The translations under genes and the position numbers were made by a program. From Citrobacter phage Ursula, in the sequence record PQ589834.1: a stretch of 32,000 bases of DNA, one strand, 5' to 3'. The notes beneath the pieces were generated by a model. It saw nothing but the letters and a program-made list of their open reading frames with translations, was not told the DNA's origin and searched no databases. Every line of letters starts with the position of its first letter. Position 1 is the stretch's first letter. This document shows, piece after piece, positions 1-7,775 of the stretch.

Positions 1-79
1 GTACTTTCACGGCATTATCTGCATCAGTACAACCAGACAGAGCAAATACAGCAGTCAGAGCAATCAGAATCTTTTTCAT
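1..79 (-). CDS. Small lipoprotein, partial (C-terminus beyond window start)
   Basis: Reverse strand reads MKKILIALTAVFALSGCTDADNAVKV..., with a lipobox (LSGC); near-identical to the complete copy at 5269-5520. Confidence 0.75.
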   Translation of the reverse strand, partial: MKKILIALTAVFALSGCTDADNAVKV

Positions 80-97
80 TTCACAGCCTTTTTGATT

Positions 98-123
98 TTA
101 AAAACTCGCCCATCAGCGAGTTT
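98..123 (-). terminator. Candidate rho-independent terminator
   Basis: Minus strand AAACTCGC-TGATGG-GCGAGTTT followed by TTAAAA; 8-bp stem just downstream of the 174-629 ORF stop. Confidence 0.55.
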
Positions 124-173
124 GATGATTTTAGTTTCACCTGGTTTGATGGTGATATTACGAGCTTTTGGAT

Positions 174-629
174 TCATTTAAATTTAATCCGGTTCAGAGA
201 ATCAATCAGCCAAAGACGTTCTTTTTCAGAAGAAATAGAACCAATAACAATTCGGCCTTCAACTTCAATCTTAGGCATTTCAGCTTCTTCATCTTCGTAA
301 ACACAATCATCAACAGAAGTTTTGAAATCACGATTACATTCAACTTCTTTGAAATCTTGGCGTTCATTTCCGAAAAGTATAAAGAGTTCATCGGAGCTAA
401 ACCCAAACATTTCCCGGGCTACATCTTTATCAATAATAAGACCATTAGAAAGAACAACTTCAACTACGTCATCGCCACTTGTATAACGATTTTTATCTAA
501 ACGACTTACTTGAAACAGCCCATCTGTATTACTTTCAATTGCTTTACGAATACGCTCATTAGTCCCAGACTTGAACATATCATTATTTCTAAAAGCGTAA
601 GTTTTGCCTAATTCCCAAATATCTTTCAT
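174..629 (-). CDS. Hypothetical protein (151 aa), weakly resembles the 807-1289 family
   Basis: Intact ORF in an operon-like array; shared pattern YAFR...DG.(F)(Q/K)V...; present only in repeat copy A. Confidence 0.7.
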   Translation of the reverse strand: MKDIWELGKTYAFRNNDMFKSGTNERIRKAIESNTDGLFQVSRLDKNRYTSGDDVVEVVLSNGLIIDKDVAREMFGFSSDELFILFGNERQDFKEVECNRDFKTSVDDCVYEDEEAEMPKIEVEGRIVIGSISSEKERLWLIDSLNRIKFK

Positions 630-820
630 AGATTGCTTCCACCTGATTTTAAGTTGTCATAAAAACCGCCATGAACTGATTTAGGAGCGGCTACAGTTCG
701 TTCCATTTGATTTGAGCAGCAAAGAACTGGACAAATCATTTTGTTATCACGCTCTGAAATTTTACGAATGACTTCAATTTCTTGAGCACATGCCGGGCAT
801 TTATAGTTATAAACTGGCAT
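626..820 (-). CDS. FmdB-like small zinc-ribbon protein (copy A)
   Basis: MPVYNYKCPACAQEIEVIRKISE...CPVLCCSNQMERTV: CxxC...CxxxC zinc-ribbon pattern; duplicated at 5535-5729. Confidence 0.8.
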   Translation of the reverse strand: MPVYNYKCPACAQEIEVIRKISERDNKMICPVLCCSNQMERTVAAPKSVHGGFYDNLKSGGSNL

Positions 821-1289
821 CTGGGATAATTCCTTTCAACATTTTGTACGCTGCGATTGCTTCAGACAGATTAGTGATCACCAAAGTAGTATGAGGTACT
901 GGAGTATCTTCGGTGATCATTTCGGAATCTTCAAATTCATCATCATTAGCAGCTGCCATCTGCTGATCAATTCTAGAAAGCGAAGGACCTGGATTAGCTG
1001 GATTTCCGTTAGGCTCAACTTCAATAAAGAACTTAGCTTCGTCTTCAGCCAGATAAAATTGGCACTCATCATTTTCATGATAGATTTTGCCCGTGGATTC
1101 AAACTGTACAGCTTCTACTGAATTCCAGTCGTCAGTCTGAATTACTTTAAACACCCTGCCGTTTGCAATGATGATGTCTACGATAGCTTTATTTGTGTGA
1201 TGCTCTTTTTCAAACTCTTCTTGAGAATTCTGATCACGAAAAGCGTAAAATTTAGCAAGTTCAAATTTCATTAGATAGCTTCCTTCCAA
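807..1289 (-). CDS. Conserved hypothetical protein (copy A)
   Basis: ORF duplicated at 5716-6198; likely start at the internal Met (MKFELAKFYAFR...). Confidence 0.75.
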   Translation of the reverse strand: MEGSYLMKFELAKFYAFRDQNSQEEFEKEHHTNKAIVDIIIANGRVFKVIQTDDWNSVEAVQFESTGKIYHENDECQFYLAEDEAKFFIEVEPNGNPANPGPSLSRIDQQMAAANDDEFEDSEMITEDTPVPHTTLVITNLSEAIAAYKMLKGIIPDASL

Positions 1290-1465
1290 TAAGTTGTGCC
1301 AGCTTCAGTGATGTGACGAACCGCTGCATAAACGGCCAGAGTTCCTTGATACACGTAAGCGTATGTAGTGTGCTCAAGATGACCAGATACGTCTTTCTGA
1401 ACTACAGTAAGATCAGGACTGAAGAGGATATCTTCAAATTGGTCTTGAGTAAGCTGTTGTTTCAT
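1271..1465 (-). CDS. Conserved hypothetical protein, 64 aa (copy A)
   Basis: Essentially identical to 6180-6374; TGGAGAA ribosome-binding site; preceded by an early-type promoter. Confidence 0.75.
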   Translation of the reverse strand: MKQQLTQDQFEDILFSPDLTVVQKDVSGHLEHTTYAYVYQGTLAVYAAVRHITEAGTTYWKEAI

Positions 1466-1501
1466 TTTGTTTCTCCAGGTGTTCCGTTATTTGATAGGGC
1501 T

Positions 1502-1531
1502 ATAGTATCATAGCCCTTCGGGAAAGTAAAC
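1502..1531 (-). promoter_or_regulatory. Early-type promoter, GTTTAC-N18-TACTAT
   Basis: -35 GTTTAC (1526-1531), -10 TACTAT (1502-1507); same architecture as five other sites in the window. Confidence 0.7.
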
Positions 1532-1538
1532 GGCAGAG

Positions 1539-1952
1539 TTACACAGTGAACTGTTTTCCTGGAACGCGGTACCCTACTCTCTTAAGAGCGCTAAGAGGGG
1601 TGATAGCATACTGGCCTTGATAGACGATGTTCGCGACTTCACCATACTCTTCATCGGTGTAAATCAGAGATACCATTGCATGTTTATCGTTACACAAAGC
1701 TTCATATCTCATATTTCCCGGAGTGCTATAATAAGCGGCATCAGCGTGGATAACACGAACAACGTCTCCTTCGCGAATTTCAGTACGAGCTTCATCGTCT
1801 TCAACAACGTAATAGGGCTGAACGTAAATCACTTTACCTTTATTACTATGAATACGATAACCATCGCGAACTGAACGGCCGAGAACTACGCCTTTATGAC
1901 CAGCGTTCTTACCAGAAATAACTTTAACTTTATCATTTTTCTTAAACATATT
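1539..1952 (-). CDS. KOW-like domain protein (copy A)
   Basis: Starts MFKKNDKVKVISGKNAGHKGVVLGRSV; KOW-type motif; the track start at 1985 is probably too far upstream. Duplicated at 6441-6854. Confidence 0.7.
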   Translation of the reverse strand, partial: NMFKKNDKVKVISGKNAGHKGVVLGRSVRDGYRIHSNKGKVIYVQPYYVVEDDEARTEIREGDVVRVIHADAAYYSTPGNMRYEALCNDKHAMVSLIYTDEEYGEVANIVYQGQYAITPLSALKRVGYRVPGKQFTV

Positions 1953-2112
1953 AACCTCGTTCATTATCAGAAACGCCGACTTCATAACCGGCGATGAATG
2001 CTTTTTCCATAATTGCCTTTGTGACGAAAATCATGGAAGTGTTTTCGATAGTAGGCTCAATGTATTCTTCGAACCATTTTTCGAAAATCGGACTGAACTT
2101 ATATTCGTTCAT
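1951..2112 (-). CDS. Small ORF, 53 aa, absent from the supplied track and from copy B
   Basis: MNEYKFSPIFEKWFEEYIEPTIENTSMIFVTKAIMEKAFIAGYEVGVSDNERG*; start overlaps the dexA stop (TAATG) with GAGG upstream; flanked by direct repeats ATTAACCTCG. Confidence 0.7.
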   Translation of the reverse strand: MNEYKFSPIFEKWFEEYIEPTIENTSMIFVTKAIMEKAFIAGYEVGVSDNERG

Positions 2113-2801
2113 TAACCTCGACCTTTAGGTAAAGAGAGCGGATCAATTTCATCACCGGCTGGAGCTTCGTCCAAGCCTAGCGCGTAACGTTGAGCATATT
2201 TGAGCATAAGAATATCTTTAGCACAGTCATGAATAGAGTCATGTGCAATGAATCCATCAAGAACACCTTTATGCAACGGGGTCGTTGTAAGACCACGAGT
2301 CATCAGAAGACTTTCAATCGCGGTGCGAACGTCTCGCTGGTTCCAAAATTTACATGGTTCTAAACCAAACGTATCGATATCTTTATCTGCAATTCCTTTA
2401 CGACGTTCACCTTCACGGAGAATATCAACAAGAATAGGAAAGTCAAAAGATTGTCCACGACACCAACCAAACGAGTCCCATGCATGAACCCCGTTTTCTT
2501 TCAGGAACGACAGAAGTTTGTACACCCCTTCGACGTGATCGATATCTTCCGGAGATGGAGCTAAGTTAGCACGAGCTTCAGCAGATTGCTTTTTCCACCA
2601 TTCAATCGTAGAAGCACCGAACAGACGAACACCCTTCTGCGCTTTCAAATTGAATTTGAGTTTCATTCCACGAGAAACTAACTCATCGAATGTTTCAATA
2701 ACTTCGGGATTAGGATCGAATACTACGGCCGCCAAATCAATGACAGCAGTGTTTGAAACGTTTCCAAAAGTTTCATAGTCAATAATAAAATCTCTTAACA
2801 T
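2112..2801 (-). CDS. dexA: DexA exonuclease A (copy A)
   Basis: MLRDFIIDYETFGNVSNTAVIDLAAVVFDPNPEVIETFDELVSRG...HDSIHDCAKDILMLKYAQRYALGL matches T4 DexA; DEDD-type motifs. Confidence 0.95.
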   Translation of the reverse strand: MLRDFIIDYETFGNVSNTAVIDLAAVVFDPNPEVIETFDELVSRGMKLKFNLKAQKGVRLFGASTIEWWKKQSAEARANLAPSPEDIDHVEGVYKLLSFLKENGVHAWDSFGWCRGQSFDFPILVDILREGERRKGIADKDIDTFGLEPCKFWNQRDVRTAIESLLMTRGLTTTPLHKGVLDGFIAHDSIHDCAKDILMLKYAQRYALGLDEAPAGDEIDPLSLPKGRG

Positions 2802-3022
2802 AGTTCTACCATCAAATCGTAAATTTGTTGAGCGATATTATCACTAATTCCGATAAGCGGACATTCACCCTGAAACCATGCAATAGCTAAAGCTTTGTCA
2901 CGTATTTCATTGAGCTCGGCTAGTAGCTCTAGCCGACGATTATTTTGCCAACTATTGTCAAGTTTGTTAATCTTAACAGCATCAATTAATTTTTCAAAAT
3001 CATCAATATTCAAACTGTACAT
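2795..3022 (-). CDS. Conserved hypothetical protein in the T4 dda.1 position (copy A)
   Basis: Small ORF between dda and dexA; duplicated at 7539-7769. Confidence 0.7.
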   Translation of the reverse strand: MYSLNIDDFEKLIDAVKINKLDNSWQNNRRLELLAELNEIRDKALAIAWFQGECPLIGISDNIAQQIYDLMVELC

Positions 3023-3028
3023 AATTCC

Positions 3029-4360
3029 TCACACAAAGAAAACATCATGACGACCACGGGTTGTACCAACGTAAAGCAATTCTAACTTAAATTTGTTGTC
3101 ATTGCTAACGTGAATACACGGAGTATAGATGAAACTTCTATCTACGGAAATACCTTGAGCTTTATGGAAAGTAGAACAAGGAAGTGCTTTAACTTTATGG
3201 AACTTGCGTTTAGCGTCCCAAAACTCAGACCAAGGAGCTTTACCACCCTTGTTCCAGTTCTTGTAAGTGTCAGCAGTTTTAGCTAAGAAGAACTGGAATT
3301 TGTTCATTTCCTGTTCGTCACTAATGACACATATTGTTTCTCTGGCGTATTCTTCATCATCGCCGTATGATTCCACATCTAACGACCAATAACGTATCAG
3401 GTGTTCACCAGCGACTCCTCTGGCACCTAAAAAGGTTGATGTGTACTCTGCGTTCAATATACGAACATACTGTCCGTTGTTGAATAAAGTTTCAGTGAAT
3501 TTTTTACCATCATAAACCAATTCTCTCATAAGAGGTTCTTGCATGACAATAACTTCACCAGTAATGAAAGCATCTTCGGTTTGATACAACTTACGACGAA
3601 TAATGCTGTTCAATTTGTCGACAGACTTATTTGTGAATGCGAGCATTCGGTTTTCGAATAAATCCATCGGGTCTTTCACAATAGAGAAGTATTGCATCAT
3701 GTAATCTTTCAATGCAGTTGAGCTCTGGAACCCATGAACACCATGGCCGTCTCTGGTGTGTTCGTAAATCCATTTGCCTTGACGGATATCAGTTGCAACT
3801 TCAATAATTGGAGCATTACTTCGTTTGACTTCGTCTAATGTTACTTGGACAAAATCTTTATGAACAAAGAACGGAGAAATATATGATGTAGTTTCTCCTG
3901 GATCTACAGGACGAATCTGCGCAACATCTCCAATGCCGATAACTGTACACCACCGCGGAATAGAAGCCATTAAAATCTTAAATAACTTTCTGTCCCACAT
4001 TGAGGCTTCATCGCAAATCAACACTCGGCATGATGCTAAATCAGGAACTGCTTTTTGCTCAAAAAGCATGGTCTCTTCATAAGTAGTTGGGTTGATTTTA
4101 AGAATACTATGAATTGTATTCGCTTGCATCCCAGACAACTTAGACAAAACCTTTTTAGCTGCGTGTGTTGGCGCTGCCAAAATTATTCCTGTTTCTCCGG
4201 TAGAAATTAAATGATCTACAATGAAGCGAGTTAGAGTTGTTTTACCTGTACCCGCTGGTCCATTGATTGTGACATGGTGATTCTTGTTTTTAATAGCCTT
4301 TAGAACTGTATCAAAAGCGCTCTTCTGGCCATTTGTTAAATCTTCAAACGTGAGTTTCAA
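3029..4360 (-). CDS. dda: Dda DNA helicase (copy A)
   Basis: 443 aa; GPAGTGKTTLT Walker A, LICDEAS Walker B, TFHKAQG...GTTRGRHDVFFV C-terminus; closely matches T4 Dda. Confidence 0.97.
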   Translation of the reverse strand: MKLTFEDLTNGQKSAFDTVLKAIKNKNHHVTINGPAGTGKTTLTRFIVDHLISTGETGIILAAPTHAAKKVLSKLSGMQANTIHSILKINPTTYEETMLFEQKAVPDLASCRVLICDEASMWDRKLFKILMASIPRWCTVIGIGDVAQIRPVDPGETTSYISPFFVHKDFVQVTLDEVKRSNAPIIEVATDIRQGKWIYEHTRDGHGVHGFQSSTALKDYMMQYFSIVKDPMDLFENRMLAFTNKSVDKLNSIIRRKLYQTEDAFITGEVIVMQEPLMRELVYDGKKFTETLFNNGQYVRILNAEYTSTFLGARGVAGEHLIRYWSLDVESYGDDEEYARETICVISDEQEMNKFQFFLAKTADTYKNWNKGGKAPWSEFWDAKRKFHKVKALPCSTFHKAQGISVDRSFIYTPCIHVSNDNKFKLELLYVGTTRGRHDVFFV

Positions 4361-4368
4361 AACATCTC

Positions 4369-4689
4369 CTACGCAACTTTAACTCTTTTGACGTGTAATG
4401 TGTTGATGATCTGCTGGATATTTCTCCGCGTGTTTTCATCGACAATAGGAATATGAATTATTGTACTACGTTTAAAGAAAAGCCATTTAGTCTCTTCACC
4501 AATAACTTTTTCACCGTATTGCAAATCATCACGAAGATCACTAAGAATACAGCTCTTCATGTGCTCGGCGTCTAATTCATTTGAAAAAACCATAGACACC
4601 CCAATAGGATTTCCTCGAAAAGCCTGATAGAGTGGAATTTCATAGCCATCTTTGTCTTTATAAACCAACATATAGCCGTGGTGCATCAC
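4369..4689 (-). CDS. Conserved hypothetical protein (copy A)
   Basis: Intact ORF duplicated at 9116-9436. Confidence 0.75.
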   Translation of the reverse strand: MMHHGYMLVYKDKDGYEIPLYQAFRGNPIGVSMVFSNELDAEHMKSCILSDLRDDLQYGEKVIGEETKWLFFKRSTIIHIPIVDENTRRNIQQIINTLHVKRVKVA

Positions 4690-5207
4690 ATTTTGCCTCG
4701 AATAAGTTGAAACAGTGTAGCTGAAAGTGGAAGACCTTTCTTAAGTTTAGCTTTGTCTAAACGAGAAAGATTCTGAAAGCGATTCAAACCCTGGATAATT
4801 ATACCATAGTCATGAGAAGTATTTTCTGCTTTAGAAGTCTTCTTCGAAGCAGCTCTGGAAGTCACAACCTGCGGAGTTTTGTGTTTGGTTTTGAGTATAG
4901 TTTTGATGCGAGTGATTCCACCACGAATACGAACTTCTAAAGACTTTTTATGTTCTTCAGTTACGCCAGCCTGAAGCATATGAGACTGACGAGATTTGAT
5001 ATTCTGAACAATACGCTTAATTTCTGTGCGGTGAGTTTTAGAAATATTGCGAAGGTCTACATCTTCAAATCCAGGCAAATCCAGGCGATGCTCAGGAAGA
5101 ATATTTTTACTTTCATGTCTAACAGGCTTAACGTCCTTCTTAGCATCTACACGAGCGACAAGACGAGTTTTAGCTTGTTTTTGAAGAGTTGTTAATCCGA
5201 AAATCAT
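4686..5207 (-). CDS. Hypothetical protein, N-terminally truncated relative of 9433-10221
   Basis: From LVARVDAKKDVKPVRHESKN onward nearly identical to the C-terminal portion of the 262-aa copy B protein; lacks the HNH-like N-terminus. AGGAGG-ATAT-ATG start. Confidence 0.75.
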   Translation of the reverse strand: MIFGLTTLQKQAKTRLVARVDAKKDVKPVRHESKNILPEHRLDLPGFEDVDLRNISKTHRTEIKRIVQNIKSRQSHMLQAGVTEEHKKSLEVRIRGGITRIKTILKTKHKTPQVVTSRAASKKTSKAENTSHDYGIIIQGLNRFQNLSRLDKAKLKKGLPLSATLFQLIRGKM

Positions 5208-5216
5208 ATATCCTCC

Positions 5217-5234
5217 ATAGGGCCGAAACCCTAT
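5217..5234 (-). terminator. UUCG-type hairpin between repeat units
   Basis: Minus strand ATAGGGT-TTCG-GCCCTAT lies between the ORF start at 5207 and the lipoprotein stop at 5269; no strong U-tract. Confidence 0.4.
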
Positions 5235-5268
5235 TTGCAGTGATTACCAAAGCTGTTAATGGTTTCCA

Positions 5269-5520
5269 TTATTCAAACCTGATAGTCGAGTTCTTGACGA
5301 AGATGCTTGAACAAACAGCACCTTTAACAGGGATACCTGTAGGCCCGACGGCTGTGAACCCGGTTGACTGAGAATCATCTTTACCACAAGAGAAGAAGCT
5401 ATATCCAGTGGTTTGAATATTTGTAAATCCATTAGCCCGAAGTATTTTAACAGCATTGTCAGCATCAGTGCAACCTGATAAAACGAACACAGCAGTCAGA
5501 GCAATCAAAATCTTTTTCAT
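5269..5520 (-). CDS. Small lipoprotein (complete copy)
   Basis: MKKILIALTAVFVLSGCTDADNAVKILRANGF...; signal peptide plus lipobox. The track start at 5538 adds MKKGNE. Confidence 0.75.
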   Translation of the reverse strand: MKKILIALTAVFVLSGCTDADNAVKILRANGFTNIQTTGYSFFSCGKDDSQSTGFTAVGPTGIPVKGAVCSSIFVKNSTIRFE

Positions 5521-5534
5521 TTCATTACCTTTTT

Positions 5535-5729
5535 TCATAGATTACTTCCACCTGATTTAATATTGTCGTAAAAGCCGCCGTGAACTGATTTCGGAGCAGC
5601 TACGGTGCGTTCCATTTTATTTGAGCAGCAAAGAACTGGACAAATCATTTCATTATCGCGCTCTGAAATTTTACGAATGACTTCAATTTCTTGAGCACAT
5701 GCTGGACACTTGTAATTATAGACTGGCAT
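5535..5729 (-). CDS. FmdB-like small zinc-ribbon protein (copy B)
   Basis: Near-identical to 626-820. Confidence 0.8.
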   Translation of the reverse strand: MPVYNYKCPACAQEIEVIRKISERDNEMICPVLCCSNKMERTVAAPKSVHGGFYDNIKSGGSNL

Positions 5730-6198
5730 CTGGGATAATTCCTTTCAACATTTTGTACGCTGCGATTGCTTCAGACAGATTAGTGATCACCAGAGTAGTA
5801 TGAGGCACTGGAGTATCTTCAGTGATCATTTCTGAATCTTCAAATTCATCATCATTAGCTGCTTCCATCTGCTGATCAATTCGAGAAAGCGACGGACCTG
5901 GATTAGCTGGAGTTCCATTAGGCTTAACTTCAATGAAGAATTCAGCTTCGTCACTTGACAGATAAAATTGACACTCATCATTTTCATGATAGATTTTACC
6001 AGTAGATTCAAACTGTACAGCTTCTACTGAATCCCAGCTGTTAATCTGAATTACTTTAAATACCCCGCCATTTGCAATAATGATGTCTACGATAGCTTTG
6101 TTTGTGACATGATCATTCTCAAACTTTTCTTGGGAATTCTGACCACGAAAAGCGTAAAATTTAGCAAATTCAAATTTCATTAGATAGCTTCCTTCCAA
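5716..6198 (-). CDS. Conserved hypothetical protein (copy B)
   Basis: Near-identical to 807-1289. Confidence 0.75.
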   Translation of the reverse strand: MEGSYLMKFEFAKFYAFRGQNSQEKFENDHVTNKAIVDIIIANGGVFKVIQINSWDSVEAVQFESTGKIYHENDECQFYLSSDEAEFFIEVKPNGTPANPGPSLSRIDQQMEAANDDEFEDSEMITEDTPVPHTTLVITNLSEAIAAYKMLKGIIPDASL

Positions 6199-6374
6199 TA
6201 AGTTGTGCCAGCTTCAGTGATATGACGAACCGCAGCATAAACAGCCAGAGTTCCTTGATACACATAAGCGTATGTAGTGTGCTCAAGATGTCCAGATACA
6301 TCTTTCTGAACTACAGTAAGATCAGGACTGAAGAGAATATCTTCAAATTGGTCTTGAGTAAGTTGCTGTTTCAT
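6180..6374 (-). CDS. Conserved hypothetical protein, 64 aa (copy B)
   Basis: Same protein as 1271-1465. Confidence 0.75.
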   Translation of the reverse strand: MKQQLTQDQFEDILFSPDLTVVQKDVSGHLEHTTYAYVYQGTLAVYAAVRHITEAGTTYWKEAI

Positions 6375-6403
6375 TTTGTTTCTCCATGTTTGTTGATAGG
6401 GCT

Positions 6404-6433
6404 ATAGTATCATAGCCCTTCGGGAAAGTAAAC
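6404..6433 (-). promoter_or_regulatory. Early-type promoter, GTTTAC-N18-TACTAT
   Basis: -35 at 6428-6433, -10 at 6404-6409; copy of the promoter at 1502-1531. Confidence 0.7.
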
Positions 6434-6440
6434 GGCAGAG

Positions 6441-6854
6441 TTACACTGTGATGTGTTTTCCTGCGATGCGGGTAGGATTACGTCGGAGAGCACTCAGAGG
6501 GATGATAGCGTACTGACCTTGGTAAACAATGTTTGCTACTTCGCCATACTCTTCATCGATATAGATCAAAGATACCATAGCATTTTTGTTTTTGCACAGA
6601 CACTCAAATTGATCACGTCCTGGAGTACTATAATGAGCTGCATTTGGTTCCATCACAACCACTACATCGCCTTCATGGATTTCAGTACGTTCATCCATCG
6701 GGTATTCAATTACATAGTAAGGTTTAACGTAAATCACTCTGCCAGTGATAGTTTTGATTCGATAACCATCGCGAACAGAACGACCAACAACTACGCCTTT
6801 AACACCAGCGTTCTTACCAGAAATAACTTTAACTTTATCATTTTTCTTAAACAT
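6441..6854 (-). CDS. KOW-like domain protein (copy B)
   Basis: MFKKNDKVKVISGKNAGVKGVVVGRSVRDGYRIKTITGRVIYVKPYYV...; paralogue of 1539-1952. Confidence 0.7.
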   Translation of the reverse strand: MFKKNDKVKVISGKNAGVKGVVVGRSVRDGYRIKTITGRVIYVKPYYVIEYPMDERTEIHEGDVVVVMEPNAAHYSTPGRDQFECLCKNKNAMVSLIYIDEEYGEVANIVYQGQYAIIPLSALRRNPTRIAGKHITV

Positions 6855-6855
6855 A

Positions 6856-7548
6856 TTAACCTCGACCTTTAGGTAAAGAGAGTGGATCAATTTCATCACC
6901 GACTGGAGCTTCGTCCAAGCCTAGTGCGTAACGTTGAGCGTATTTTAACATCAAGATGTCTTTAGCACAATCGTGAATAGAGTCATGTGCAATGAATCCA
7001 TCAAGAACCCCTTTATGCAATGGAGTTGTTGTAAGGCCGCGAGTCATCAAAAGACTTTCAATTGCGGTACGAACATCTCGTTGGTTCCAGAATTTGCATG
7101 GTTCTAAACCAAACGTATCGATATCTTTATCTGCGATTCCTTTACGACGTTCGCCTTCACGAAGAATATCAACCAGAATAGGAAAGTCAAAAGACTGACC
7201 ACGGCACCAACCAAACGAGTCCCACGCATGAACTCCATTTTCTTTCAAGAATTCCAGAAGTTTATACAAACCTTCAACATGGTCGATATCTTCTGAAGAT
7301 GGTGCTAAGTTTGCACGAGCTTCAGCAGATTGTTTTTTCCACCATTCAATGGTAGAAGCACCAAACAAACGAACGCCTTTCTGCGCTTTCAAATTGAATT
7401 TGAGTTTCATTCCACGAGAAACTAACTCATCGAATGTTTCAATAACTTCTGGGTTAGGATCGAATACTACCGCCGCCACATCAATTACAGCAGTATTTGA
7501 AACGTTTCCAAAAGTTTCATAGTCAATAATAAAATCTCTTAATTGCAT
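6856..7548 (-). CDS. dexA: DexA exonuclease A (copy B)
   Basis: 230 aa, matches T4 DexA and copy A throughout. Confidence 0.95.
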   Translation of the reverse strand: MQLRDFIIDYETFGNVSNTAVIDVAAVVFDPNPEVIETFDELVSRGMKLKFNLKAQKGVRLFGASTIEWWKKQSAEARANLAPSSEDIDHVEGLYKLLEFLKENGVHAWDSFGWCRGQSFDFPILVDILREGERRKGIADKDIDTFGLEPCKFWNQRDVRTAIESLLMTRGLTTTPLHKGVLDGFIAHDSIHDCAKDILMLKYAQRYALGLDEAPVGDEIDPLSLPKGRG

Positions 7549-7769
7549 AGTTCTACCTTCAAATCATAAATTTGTTGAGCAATATTATCACTAATTCCGA
7601 TAAGCGGACATTCACCTTGGAACCATGTAATAGCTAAAGCTTTATCACGAATTTCATTGAGCTCTGATAGTAGCTCCATTCGACGATTGTTTTGCCAGAC
7701 TGAGTCTAGCTTGTTAATCTTAACAGCATCAATCAATTTTTCAAAATCATCAATATTCAAACTGTACAT
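7539..7769 (-). CDS. Conserved hypothetical protein in the T4 dda.1 position (copy B)
   Basis: Paralogue of 2795-3022. Confidence 0.7.
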   Translation of the reverse strand: MYSLNIDDFEKLIDAVKINKLDSVWQNNRRMELLSELNEIRDKALAITWFQGECPLIGISDNIAQQIYDLKVELCN

Positions 7770-7775
7770 AAATCC

